Of a stretch of DNA of 64,000 nucleotides, positions 8,455-16,466 are shown piece by piece. The DNA lies in assembly GCA_034521515.1 (NCBI GenBank), contig JAXHMH010000002.1, forward strand, positions 24,379 to 88,378. The letters are read 5' to 3'. This DNA comes from Candidatus Saccharimonadota bacterium. GTDB lineage: Bacteria > Patescibacteriota > Saccharimonadia > Saccharimonadales > JAXHMH01. The stretch's first letter is position 1, and each line of letters opens with the position of its first letter. The position numbers were made by a program, and so were the translations under genes. The notes beneath the pieces are model-generated. The model worked only from the letters and a program-made list of their open reading frames with translations, did not search any database and had not been told where the DNA came from.

Positions 8455-8807
8455 TGCCAATATCTTGGGAGCCTTGGCCATACCGGATTCATATATTTGG
8501 CGTTATCTTAGCCGGAATTGGCTGCGCCGCGACCGTCGTGGTTGATACCTTACTGACAAAAGTCAGACGCAATAAATCATATTTTTGGTGGAGATTGCTG
8601 CGATTTACTTCGTTTATACTGATAGTTATTGGCGGGTACATAACATTTGGTTCGGTACCGACAGTCAATTGGTTCCAGCTAGCCCTACTTGGCGAGTTGC
8701 TAATGCTTACCGGTTACGGCTTGTGGATTATCGATAAAACATTCCGCGGCGAAGGCAATCGGTCGCAATTGTCGCGCATTCTTCATAAAGTCGTCCTGGT
8801 TGACTGA
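8454..8807 (+). CDS. polytopic membrane protein, translationally coupled to 8044..8454
   Basis: TAATG stop/start overlap at 8452-8456; helices IHIFGVILAGIGCAATVVV, FTSFILIVIGGYITF, LALLGELLMLTGYGLWII. Confidence 0.55.
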   Translation: MPISWEPWPYRIHIFGVILAGIGCAATVVVDTLLTKVRRNKSYFWWRLLRFTSFILIVIGGYITFGSVPTVNWFQLALLGELLMLTGYGLWIIDKTFRGEGNRSQLSRILHKVVLVD

Positions 8808-9120
8808 TTACGCCATAAATAGATCTATCACATAACAGTGTATGTAAGGCTGGATCTCTATGCGCTTGCGTTATATAAGCTGTAACAGTGTATAACGTAT
8901 CAGTTATGAGTTATGAGCTACATAGAAACAGGCGAACTAACCTGATTACGGTGCTTGCCCGATATTAAGCCTTATGATAGAAGGGCTTGCTCGATGATAA
9001 CCTCAGAACGCATGAAGTACAGGTGTTAGCCGATATCGCAGGTGCTGTATACACCAAGCGTCGAACTAATTGCAAGTATCATAGATACCGATATAAACAT
9101 CTATAGAGAAGAAGCTACGA

Positions 9121-9393
9121 ATGATGATTGAAGAGTTGTCTAGCGAAGAAGTAGATAAATATGTGCGTGGGATACAGCTTGGATATGATTTTGCAGTCAG
9201 TGCATTAAGCACCGTGCAGTACATGAGAAGCCCTTTCAGGACGTTTAATAAATTTATAAAAAATACAAAGCATACAGACACTCTACCCGTCAGAACAAAG
9301 TCACAGCAAGAACGTCTAGTAGCTCTTGTGTCTGGAGAGGTATACGTAGAACCAATCCTCAACCCAATGATCTATCCAGCAGAAACCCGCTGA
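9121..9393 (+). CDS. hypothetical protein (only sizeable ORF in a 0.9-kb gene-poor stretch)
   Basis: 90-aa ORF, no recognisable motif; an antisense ORF of similar size overlaps it, so coding status is uncertain. Confidence 0.25.
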   Translation: MMIEELSSEEVDKYVRGIQLGYDFAVSALSTVQYMRSPFRTFNKFIKNTKHTDTLPVRTKSQQERLVALVSGEVYVEPILNPMIYPAETR

Positions 9394-9741
9394 GTGGAGT
9401 ACCATTTAAGAGAATACTGCGATTGTATCTGCTGGCTTTGACAGATTTTTAATCAGAAATATAGAGTCATTGCGCGTCACAGGCAGTTCAGGGCAAATGA
9501 GCGAAGAGCAATCAGATGCACGCAATTGATGGCTTCGAACATGGGGTTGCCCACGGTACTGGAACCGGCTGTATATCAGATCTTGGCAACAAGCAGAACT
9601 TAGCTAAAATTCGATACACCAATTCCAGGTGAAATCATGGAAAACGGTAGCAACATTGTCAAGCAGCAGTTAGCGAATCCGAAAGGACGATCAGACACCG
9701 ACCAAGCTGATGATCAGTACTAATCTTGCTACACTAGTATC

Positions 9742-10377
9742 ATGAAGAAGTTTGCGGCATACGATATTGATGGGACGTTGATTCGCTGGCAGCTGTACCA
9801 CGTTTTGGTGGATAAGCTGGCGAGTGAAGGAGCACTGGGTAAAGATGCTAAACGTCTGCTTCGAGAAGCACGCATGGTCTGGAAACGCCGTGAACACGCA
9901 GACGCATTCAAAGAATACGAGTCCACGCTGATAAAAATATACGAGAACGCGCTCCATAACATCAGTACAAAAGAATTCGACAAACTGGTAACTGGAGTGA
10001 TCGACGAGTATAAGGATCAAACATATGTTTACACCCGAGATATGCTGCGTACACTGCGTTCTGATGGGTATTTTCTAATTATTATATCCGGATCGCACCA
10101 TGAGTTGATTGAACAAATTGGTAAATACTATGGTTTTGATGACTGGATTGGTACCAGGTATTTAAGAGACAAGGGCGCCTTCAGCGGCGAGAAAGAGCTC
10201 GCTAGCCGCGATAAAGCCTCGGCACTGCGTAAGTTAGTCGAAAAACACAGCTTAACCTATGACGGCAGCGTAGGTATCGGTGACAGTAAAAGTGATGTAG
10301 CGATGCTGGAGCTCGTAGAAAAGCCAACTGCATTCAACCCGGATGAACTACTCTTGAGAAGAGGCGCAGAAGCGTGA
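9742..10377 (+). CDS. HAD-superfamily hydrolase (subfamily IB, SerB-like)
   Basis: Motif I AAYDIDGTL, motif II IISGS, motif IV GIGDSKSDVAML. Confidence 0.85.
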   Translation: MKKFAAYDIDGTLIRWQLYHVLVDKLASEGALGKDAKRLLREARMVWKRREHADAFKEYESTLIKIYENALHNISTKEFDKLVTGVIDEYKDQTYVYTRDMLRTLRSDGYFLIIISGSHHELIEQIGKYYGFDDWIGTRYLRDKGAFSGEKELASRDKASALRKLVEKHSLTYDGSVGIGDSKSDVAMLELVEKPTAFNPDELLLRRGAEA

Positions 10378-10430
10378 ATGGCCGATTATTATTGAGCGCA
10401 AAAATGTAATCTATAAACTGGAGCCCCAAG

Positions 10431-11234
10431 ATGGACGCTACGTACTGGCAAAAGCAAACTGACAAACCGCTATTTGAAACGTTGATGTGGAGCAGACCGG
10501 AGTATAAAATGCACGCCGGTAAACTACTAATTATTGGCGGCAATGCACACGGCTTTGCTGCTCCAGCAGAAGCTTATGATCAGGCGCGCAAAGCCGGTGT
10601 CGGATCGGCTCGCGTGGTACTACCCGATGCGATTAAAAAGATTATCAAAGCTTTTTTGGACAAAGCCGAATTCGCCGCCAGCACCCCAAGCGGCAGCTTT
10701 GCGGCAGATGCCTACGGTGAGCTTATTTTGCAGTCAGAATGGGCAGACGGAGTACTGCTCGCCGGAGACTTAGGCAGAAACTCAGAAACAGCAGTGATAC
10801 TAGAAAAGTTCACGAACAACTACACGGGTCAACTAACGATAACTAAAGACGCCCTAGAATACTTCCACGATACACCAGAGTCAATCACCAAACGTCCAGA
10901 CACGACCATTGTTTGCACCATAGCTCAGCTACAAAAACTGCTGCAAAAGAGTGGTTATGCGCGCCCGGTTACTTTTGGGATGGATTTGGTACAGCTTGTT
11001 GATGTACTGCACGACTTCAGTTCAACACATGAGTGCAATATTGTTATTAAGCACATGCAGAACTTAATTGTTGCTTGCAACGGGCAGGTGAGCAGCACAA
11101 AGCTAACTGACGATCTTGAGCATTGGCGGGTAAAAACCGCAGCTCATACCTGCACCTGGTGGCTGCAGAATAAAAACAAACCGTTCGAATCTATGACTAC
11201 AGCTATATACAATATGTTTGACGAAAAGTCATAA
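10431..11234 (+). CDS. YjeF C-terminal-like carbohydrate kinase family protein (NAD(P)HX dehydratase-like)
   Basis: GKLLIIGGNAHGFAAPAEAYDQARKAGVGSARVVLP and LLAGDLGRN resemble the GGS..GA...AALR.GAG and GPGLG motifs of YjeF_C. Confidence 0.6.
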   Translation: MDATYWQKQTDKPLFETLMWSRPEYKMHAGKLLIIGGNAHGFAAPAEAYDQARKAGVGSARVVLPDAIKKIIKAFLDKAEFAASTPSGSFAADAYGELILQSEWADGVLLAGDLGRNSETAVILEKFTNNYTGQLTITKDALEYFHDTPESITKRPDTTIVCTIAQLQKLLQKSGYARPVTFGMDLVQLVDVLHDFSSTHECNIVIKHMQNLIVACNGQVSSTKLTDDLEHWRVKTAAHTCTWWLQNKNKPFESMTTAIYNMFDEKS

Positions 11235-11250
11235 ATTAAATAAGGTAACT

Positions 11251-12225
11251 ATGATGCGCACCCCTTTTTCAGGAGAAATCGAAAGCCCAATTGTGAATTT
11301 TCAATGCCTGCACGCTATGCGCGGAGCAGCGGGCGACGAAAAATTGATTTCTCGCTTGGAGCGAGGTGGAATACAAGAAAAATGTGAAGCCGGCGAAGCG
11401 AGGCTGGAACAAGCTTTTGCACTACCGGATAGTTTTGACGACAAACGGCTTGAACTGCTTTCTAGTGCCGAAGCAAATTGGCAAAACTGCATAATGAACT
11501 ACGATACAATTCGAGCAGGGCATGAATCCAGTGCAGGTAAGTCCCTAACGCACCTAGCCTATCTGCAAACATATCAATGGCTACTATTAAATAAAACCCT
11601 GCCTCCTGAATATATTGCAAAGAAAACTTACAAAGATCTTATTGGCGTAGGTGAGTGGCATAGCTATAAACATAGGGAAATGTCTTCTGAGCTAAAAAGC
11701 TTAGAAGAGTCTGAGTACAACACACAAAAGGTAAATGGCATCAAAAGCGAGCGTAGTAGGCTGGCTGGGAATATGACAGAAATTAGCCTAAAGCTACTGC
11801 TAAAAAGATTTGGTATATACGAACTAAAAGATCGGAGCTGGTGCGCAATACCCTCTCTACTGACAGAGAACCACGGACAAGGCAGCACTGCAAGCGTTAA
11901 TCGACGTTGGGGTATATCAGTATTAACTGATCCCGACGAACTAGGAGAACCTGAACTAACCTACAAAGTACAGTCTAAAACTAGCGATACTTGGGAGCAA
12001 AAGTCACCGCCAGACGACAACATTGCTCTGGTTTGCCTAAACCCAGATTTACGACTTGAGGGGGAGTCCAAACTGCCCGCAAGTACTATCATCCACGAGT
12101 GTAAATTTGAAGTAAACGAACCGGATAATCCAAACTACTTAAGCGTAAAACAACGCCTTGAGAAACGTAGCCAATTACTACTTGAGACTATTGATAGACA
12201 AAAAATACTTCGTGACACTGGATGA
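11251..12225 (+). CDS. hypothetical protein (orphan)
   Basis: Long ORF; start placed at ATGATG 11251 just after the stop of the upstream gene (track ORF starts at 11218 inside it). No motif recognised. Confidence 0.6.
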   Translation: MMRTPFSGEIESPIVNFQCLHAMRGAAGDEKLISRLERGGIQEKCEAGEARLEQAFALPDSFDDKRLELLSSAEANWQNCIMNYDTIRAGHESSAGKSLTHLAYLQTYQWLLLNKTLPPEYIAKKTYKDLIGVGEWHSYKHREMSSELKSLEESEYNTQKVNGIKSERSRLAGNMTEISLKLLLKRFGIYELKDRSWCAIPSLLTENHGQGSTASVNRRWGISVLTDPDELGEPELTYKVQSKTSDTWEQKSPPDDNIALVCLNPDLRLEGESKLPASTIIHECKFEVNEPDNPNYLSVKQRLEKRSQLLLETIDRQKILRDTG

Positions 12226-12380
12226 GGGGCTCGGCCACGTCCCGCCGACCCGTCCGGCTTTCCGCCGGAAAGTCGGGTCACATCAATCCGTGAGTAACAC
12301 GATTTTGTTCGGCTTTGCCGGGGTCGCAATCGCGACGCGCCCGTACGAAAACGCCCCAAGGGTTTTAATTCGTTTACGCC

Positions 12381-12465
12381 TGGTGCCGCGGGAGGGACTC
12401 GAACCCTCAAGCCGTAAGGCATGCGATTTTGAGTCGCACGCGTATACCAATTCCGCCACCGCGGC
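12381..12465 (-). tRNA. tRNA-Leu (anticodon CAA), CCA encoded
   Basis: Minus strand GCCGCGGTGGCGGAATTGGTATACGCGTGCGA-CTCAAAA-TCGCA + variable arm + GAGGGTTCGAGTCCCTCCCGCGGCACCA. Confidence 0.9.
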
Positions 12466-12574
12466 ACAGACGTAAAAGAATGTTTGTAAAAGCCATCTTC
12501 CAGACTCGAGCTTATCTTAGGAAAGACTGGCTTATTGTAATATAATTACACTGTTAAGGCTAGCATGAGCATCT

Positions 12575-13831
12575 ATGAACCCAAGCGATGAAAACCGAAC
12601 AAATGATAATCCTCTGTTTCAGCAACCACCCAAAAAGGACAAGGTGGTTGAGCCACTACATACAGAGCTGGAATCCAACGACCATAATAATACGGCCGTG
12701 ACTTTCATACGCGAAAAAATTAACAAACTTTACGCAACCGAACCATCAGCTCAGGAGGAACTAGAAGAAGCCGAAGCTGCCGACCGACACCGTTCGAAAC
12801 ACCAGCAATACATGCATCAATTAAGCACCTCCGGGAAGTCATTGGCAGAAATCCAAACCGCTTGGCACGAATATTACACCCAGCTCAGCGATAACGAAAA
12901 GCACCAGGTTTGGCAAGAATTTTACGAGCAGCACGGGAGAAGTGATTCATTCCACCCCCAACAACACTCACAATCATCAACACCAAGCTCGCAACACGAT
13001 ACACAACAAAGCCCTGCACCTCAGCAAAACCCAGCTGCAAAATCAGACAAACGAACCGTGTCTGACATAAAAGGGCAACTAATCGGAAGAGTAAGCAGCC
13101 GAGCTAAAGCACCAAAATCGGCACACGCTCGATCGCTCATGTTTGGACTTGGTATGGGAAGCCTGGTCATGGTGTTTATGCTGTTTGGGTTTTTTAATGA
13201 ACGGTTTATTGCGCCATTTATCACACCAAGCCAAACCGTTAGCTCTACTCCTATTATAGTTGACGATACAGAAGAAATCAGTGACGATCCGCTCGTCATT
13301 ATCCCCAAAATTAACGTAGAGGTTCCGGTTGTCTACGATGAGCCGTCTATAGAAGAGGACGCTGTTCAGCGAGCTTTGGAGCGTGGTGTCGTCCACTATG
13401 GTATAACGCCGAATCCCGGCGAGCGTGGCAACGCGGTAATTTTTGGCCATTCTAGCAACAACATCCTCAATAGCGGGAAATATAAATTTGCTTTTGTTAT
13501 GTTAAACCGCCTCAAGCAAGGGGACACCTTTATGCTGCACTATGAAGGCACGCGTTACGTCTATCGAATTTATGAAAAGAAAGTAGTGAGTCCAAATGAC
13601 TTATCGGTACTTGAGACACAAGATAGGCCGTCTACTGTATCTCTTATAACCTGCGACCCGCCAGGCACCAGCACCAACCGGCTCGTGGTGATCGGTGAGC
13701 AAATCACTCCTGATCCGGCCGAGAATATCGCCAGCTCAGTCACCCCGTCAACAACTTCAGAAGAACCGCCTATCTTACCATCAAATGCTCCGAGCCTATG
13801 GAGCCGCATAGTCGGCATGCTTTCAAGCTAG
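12575..13831 (+). CDS. sortase-family transpeptidase with long disordered N-terminal region and TM anchor
   Basis: C-terminal catalytic domain: NAVIFGHSS...TVSLITCDPPGTSTNRLVV (His and TLxTC-type Cys motifs); N-terminal ~190 aa Q/S/H-rich. Confidence 0.85.
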   Translation: MNPSDENRTNDNPLFQQPPKKDKVVEPLHTELESNDHNNTAVTFIREKINKLYATEPSAQEELEEAEAADRHRSKHQQYMHQLSTSGKSLAEIQTAWHEYYTQLSDNEKHQVWQEFYEQHGRSDSFHPQQHSQSSTPSSQHDTQQSPAPQQNPAAKSDKRTVSDIKGQLIGRVSSRAKAPKSAHARSLMFGLGMGSLVMVFMLFGFFNERFIAPFITPSQTVSSTPIIVDDTEEISDDPLVIIPKINVEVPVVYDEPSIEEDAVQRALERGVVHYGITPNPGERGNAVIFGHSSNNILNSGKYKFAFVMLNRLKQGDTFMLHYEGTRYVYRIYEKKVVSPNDLSVLETQDRPSTVSLITCDPPGTSTNRLVVIGEQITPDPAENIASSVTPSTTSEEPPILPSNAPSLWSRIVGMLSS

Positions 13832-13852
13832 AGAGTTTTTTAAGCGAAAAAT

Positions 13853-13878
13853 AAACGCGCCACTCGAGTGGCGCGTTT
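13853..13878. terminator. 26-bp palindrome family member (bidirectional terminator-like hairpin)
   Basis: aaacgcgccactcgagtggcgcgttt 22 nt after sortase stop; A-run/T-run arms. Confidence 0.5.
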
Positions 13879-14018
13879 ATTCCCCCTGCATCAAAAACAC
13901 AATAAAATACGTTCTTAACAATAGGAACATGCCAAGGTCAGACCTTGGCACAAAAAAAGATACAAGCTGTATCCTCGCTGCACAAGGAACGTCCTTGTAC
14001 AGTTTGTGGCACTAATTT

Positions 14019-14060
14019 CTGCACCCTACACCCTGAACCCTAAACCCTATACCCTATACC
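14019..14060. repeat. C-strand heptamer array (CCCTNNA)n, left flank of DUF1566 gene
   Basis: ctgcaccctacaccctgaaccctaaaccctataccctatacc; 14044-14060 is the exact reverse complement of 16118-16134. Confidence 0.9.
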
Positions 14061-14119
14061 TCAAACTGTCCACTGTTAACTGTAAACTATCCATTAAAAG
14101 ACCCGCATTGTCTCTTAGG

Positions 14120-15979
14120 CTAGCGTACCGGCCAGACGTAGTTGTTGAAGGTCTTGCCACGGGAGTTGGTGAGGCCGGCGCCCAGGTCTACGTGCCAGGC
14201 GTCAGACGTATTAGGAGCGTAGGTAGAAGACGACCAATACCAGGTGGGCACCAGACCAGAAAACGGATGGCCGACTGGGAGAGCTGGAGTAGAATGTTGG
14301 TGGCTCATAAGGCTGCGAAACTCACGGCGGCTTGGCAACCGCCAATCCCCAGCCACAGAGCCATCGGTAAGACTACAGCTTGCACTAGCTAGACCATTAG
14401 CGTCACTCAGGGCTTGTGTCCAGGTGCGTGTACCAAAACAGTTGGCGTCTTTGAGCCATATGAGCCCTGTCAGGTTGTCTGTCACTGTGCCATCACTGTT
14501 GTCAGTGAAGCGTGGGTCTGGCCATGCAAGACCCATCTGGTACTCACCATCTTGGCCAGTGCCAGCACAGGAGATGACGGTGCCACCTGCATCGTAGCAG
14601 GTATCTTGGCCGGTGGCAGCAGGTTGCGCTGGCCAGTCAGGTTCTACATCTGCAGCCGTTCCGGTTAAGTACCCCCACTCGCTACTGCATAACCCCCAGT
14701 AGGTCTGTCCGTCTAGGACATCACTTGGCTGAGCACAGTTGGTATCATCTACTGCTGGCATGACTCCCATGATGTCATTGAGGCTATACATGGTGGTGGT
14801 ACTTGGACCAGAAGTTGGACCAACAAAGCCGGTTTGGGTTAGTGCGGAGGTGCCGGTTGTAAGTCGGTTATAAATTTGGGTGAGGCTGGGCTTCTGTGAG
14901 GTAGGGCTATTTGGGCCGCTGGGTGGGGTGAGTTGAGCGTGGGCTACGCCACTGCGTGGCAGAAAACTCCCGAGCCGGGTCAGAAGTGAACGGTACCAAG
15001 TGGTAGAGCTAGCAAAGGCAGCATCTTCTAGGGTTGCTCCGCCATGACTGTTATCCATAGCAATATGGTCTGTGGGCGGATTGTGTGGCGCGAAAGCGAT
15101 ACTGGAGGTGCCACCGCGGACGGGCCAGACAGAGTGGTTGTTGGTCTTGCCGTAGTTTTCGGTGGTGCCATTATTATAGTACACAAACCAGGCACGAGAC
15201 GCATTCGGTACGTAGGTAGAAGACGACCAATAGTAGTAGTTTGTTACTACACCCGAAAACGGGTGGCCTGAGGGTATACGTGGTGCCGATGTTACACCTA
15301 AGTCTAGGAGTGATTCCAATTCATAAATGTTAGGCAACCGCCAATCCCCAGCCACAGAGCCATCCGTAAGACCACAACTTGCACTCGCGAGACCGTTAGC
15401 ATCACTCAGGGCTTGTTCCCAGGTGCGGGTACCAAAACAGTTAGCGTTCTTAAGCCATATCAGGCCAGTCAGGTTATCCGTCACGGTACCGTCAGCGTTA
15501 TCGGTAAAGCGTGGGCTGGCGGTTTCGCCCATTTGGTATTCCCCGTCTTGACCAGTGCCAGCACAGGATATAACACTACCAGCAGCGTCATAGCAGGTGT
15601 TTTGACCAGTAGCTGCGAGTCGAGCTGGCGAATTAAAGCTTGGGCCGAACCCACTGCCCGCGCACAAGCTCCAGTAGGTCGTACCGGGTATAACCTGGCT
15701 TGGCTCAGCACAATCCACGTCTGCTTCCGGCAACAGGCCGAACAGTTCATCCAGGCTGCACATTGGGGTGGTGTCGCCTGGGCCGGTGGTTGGTTCGGTG
15801 AAGGTTGCGACCATAGTACCGGCGGCTCCGGTTTCTAGGCGGTTGCATAGGTCATCTAGGGTGTAGCTTTGGCTGGATGGGTCGGTTGGTGGGGCTGGTG
15901 GGTTTAGGCTAGCAAACACGGCACCGCCGATACCAAGCAGTAGTACGGCAATCAGGATAGGGACTACCCGCTCGCCCAT
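14120..15979 (-). CDS. membrane-anchored surface protein with two tandem DUF1566 (Lcl C-terminal/C-type-lectin-like) domains
   Basis: N-terminal TM; twice repeated TGQ.TCYDA.G..ISCAGTGQDGEYQMG...RFTDN.DGTVTDNLTGLIWLK.ANCFGTRTW.QALSDANGLASASC.LTDGSVAGDWRLP...WSSSTY.PN...AW; visibly GC-richer than neighbours (not computed). Confidence 0.8.
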   Translation of the reverse strand: MGERVVPILIAVLLLGIGGAVFASLNPPAPPTDPSSQSYTLDDLCNRLETGAAGTMVATFTEPTTGPGDTTPMCSLDELFGLLPEADVDCAEPSQVIPGTTYWSLCAGSGFGPSFNSPARLAATGQNTCYDAAGSVISCAGTGQDGEYQMGETASPRFTDNADGTVTDNLTGLIWLKNANCFGTRTWEQALSDANGLASASCGLTDGSVAGDWRLPNIYELESLLDLGVTSAPRIPSGHPFSGVVTNYYYWSSSTYVPNASRAWFVYYNNGTTENYGKTNNHSVWPVRGGTSSIAFAPHNPPTDHIAMDNSHGGATLEDAAFASSTTWYRSLLTRLGSFLPRSGVAHAQLTPPSGPNSPTSQKPSLTQIYNRLTTGTSALTQTGFVGPTSGPSTTTMYSLNDIMGVMPAVDDTNCAQPSDVLDGQTYWGLCSSEWGYLTGTAADVEPDWPAQPAATGQDTCYDAGGTVISCAGTGQDGEYQMGLAWPDPRFTDNSDGTVTDNLTGLIWLKDANCFGTRTWTQALSDANGLASASCSLTDGSVAGDWRLPSRREFRSLMSHQHSTPALPVGHPFSGLVPTWYWSSSTYAPNTSDAWHVDLGAGLTNSRGKTFNNYVWPVR

Positions 15980-16097
15980 GAAGCTAAGTGTCTTTTTGGT
16001 AGCTGTGGCTAGTGTTTGTATTAACCGTTTGATAGTGGCTCCACTGTCTTGCTGTCTTACTGTCTTGCCTACTTGCTTATGGTAGGTAGTATAGCAG

Positions 16098-16245
16098 AGG
16101 GAAGGGCTAGGGTACAGGGTATAGGGTATAGGGTGTAGGGTGGAGACAGGGTTAAGGGTGAAGGGTTTAGGGTGGAGAGATTAGGATGAAATGTTCTGGG
16201 GTTTAGGGTTTAGGGTTGTGTGGGGGTATGGGGGCTAGGGGTTAG
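16098..16245. repeat. G-strand heptamer array (GGGTNNA)n with about 17 G-tracts, includes (TTTAGGG)2-3
   Basis: gggaagggctagggtacagggtatagggtatagggtgtagggtgg...gggttaagggtgaagggtttagggtgg...ggggtttagggtttagggttg...ggggtatgggggctaggggttag, about 120 nt upstream of the DUF1566 start codon. Confidence 0.9.
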
Positions 16246-16311
16246 AAGAAGCTCATGGTTACGAAAACACACAACTACTCGCATGTTTGGTAGACTCTGC
16301 TTCTTTTTGTG

Positions 16312-16340
16312 CTGCACCCTTCACCCTGTACCCTATATCC
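16312..16340. repeat. second C-strand heptamer array, direct repeat of 14019-14045
   Basis: ctgcacccttcaccctgtaccctatatcc versus left-flank ctgcaccctacaccctgaaccctaaaccc. Confidence 0.8.
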
Positions 16341-16466
16341 TACATATGTTGACATTGTACTAACACGCAGTTTCTTACAAAAATGCACATATGTGCAAAA
16401 TGGTAATTTCTAAAGTGAACTAGTTTGGAATAAAGATAAAGGGTGGTTGTTGACGTGAATAGCTGG

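Noticed and set aside
8044-8807. The two adjacent membrane ORFs as one gene broken by a frameshift (pseudogene)
   Set aside because: The junction is a clean TAATG stop/start overlap typical of translational coupling, and both ORFs have their own plausible helices. Without homolog lengths, the two-gene reading is the more economical one.
14120-15260. The domain-1 C-terminal region acting as the DGR template repeat for the domain-2 variable region
   Set aside because: Codon-by-codon comparison shows many differences at non-adenine positions of D1 (ttt to cac, tat to ctg, acc to ctc, tct to tac, tac to cgt). The mismatch pattern is therefore not adenine-specific. The two are simply diverged paralogous domains, and no RT is present in the window.
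16098-16245. TTTAGGG/TTAGGG-like repeats as a eukaryotic (plant-type) telomere, a contaminant or a linear chromosome end
   Set aside because: The arrays are degenerate heptamers embedded between ordinary bacterial genes on both sides (DUF1566 gene and PEGA gene). Both orientations are present within 2.3 kb, and the sequence continues normally past them.
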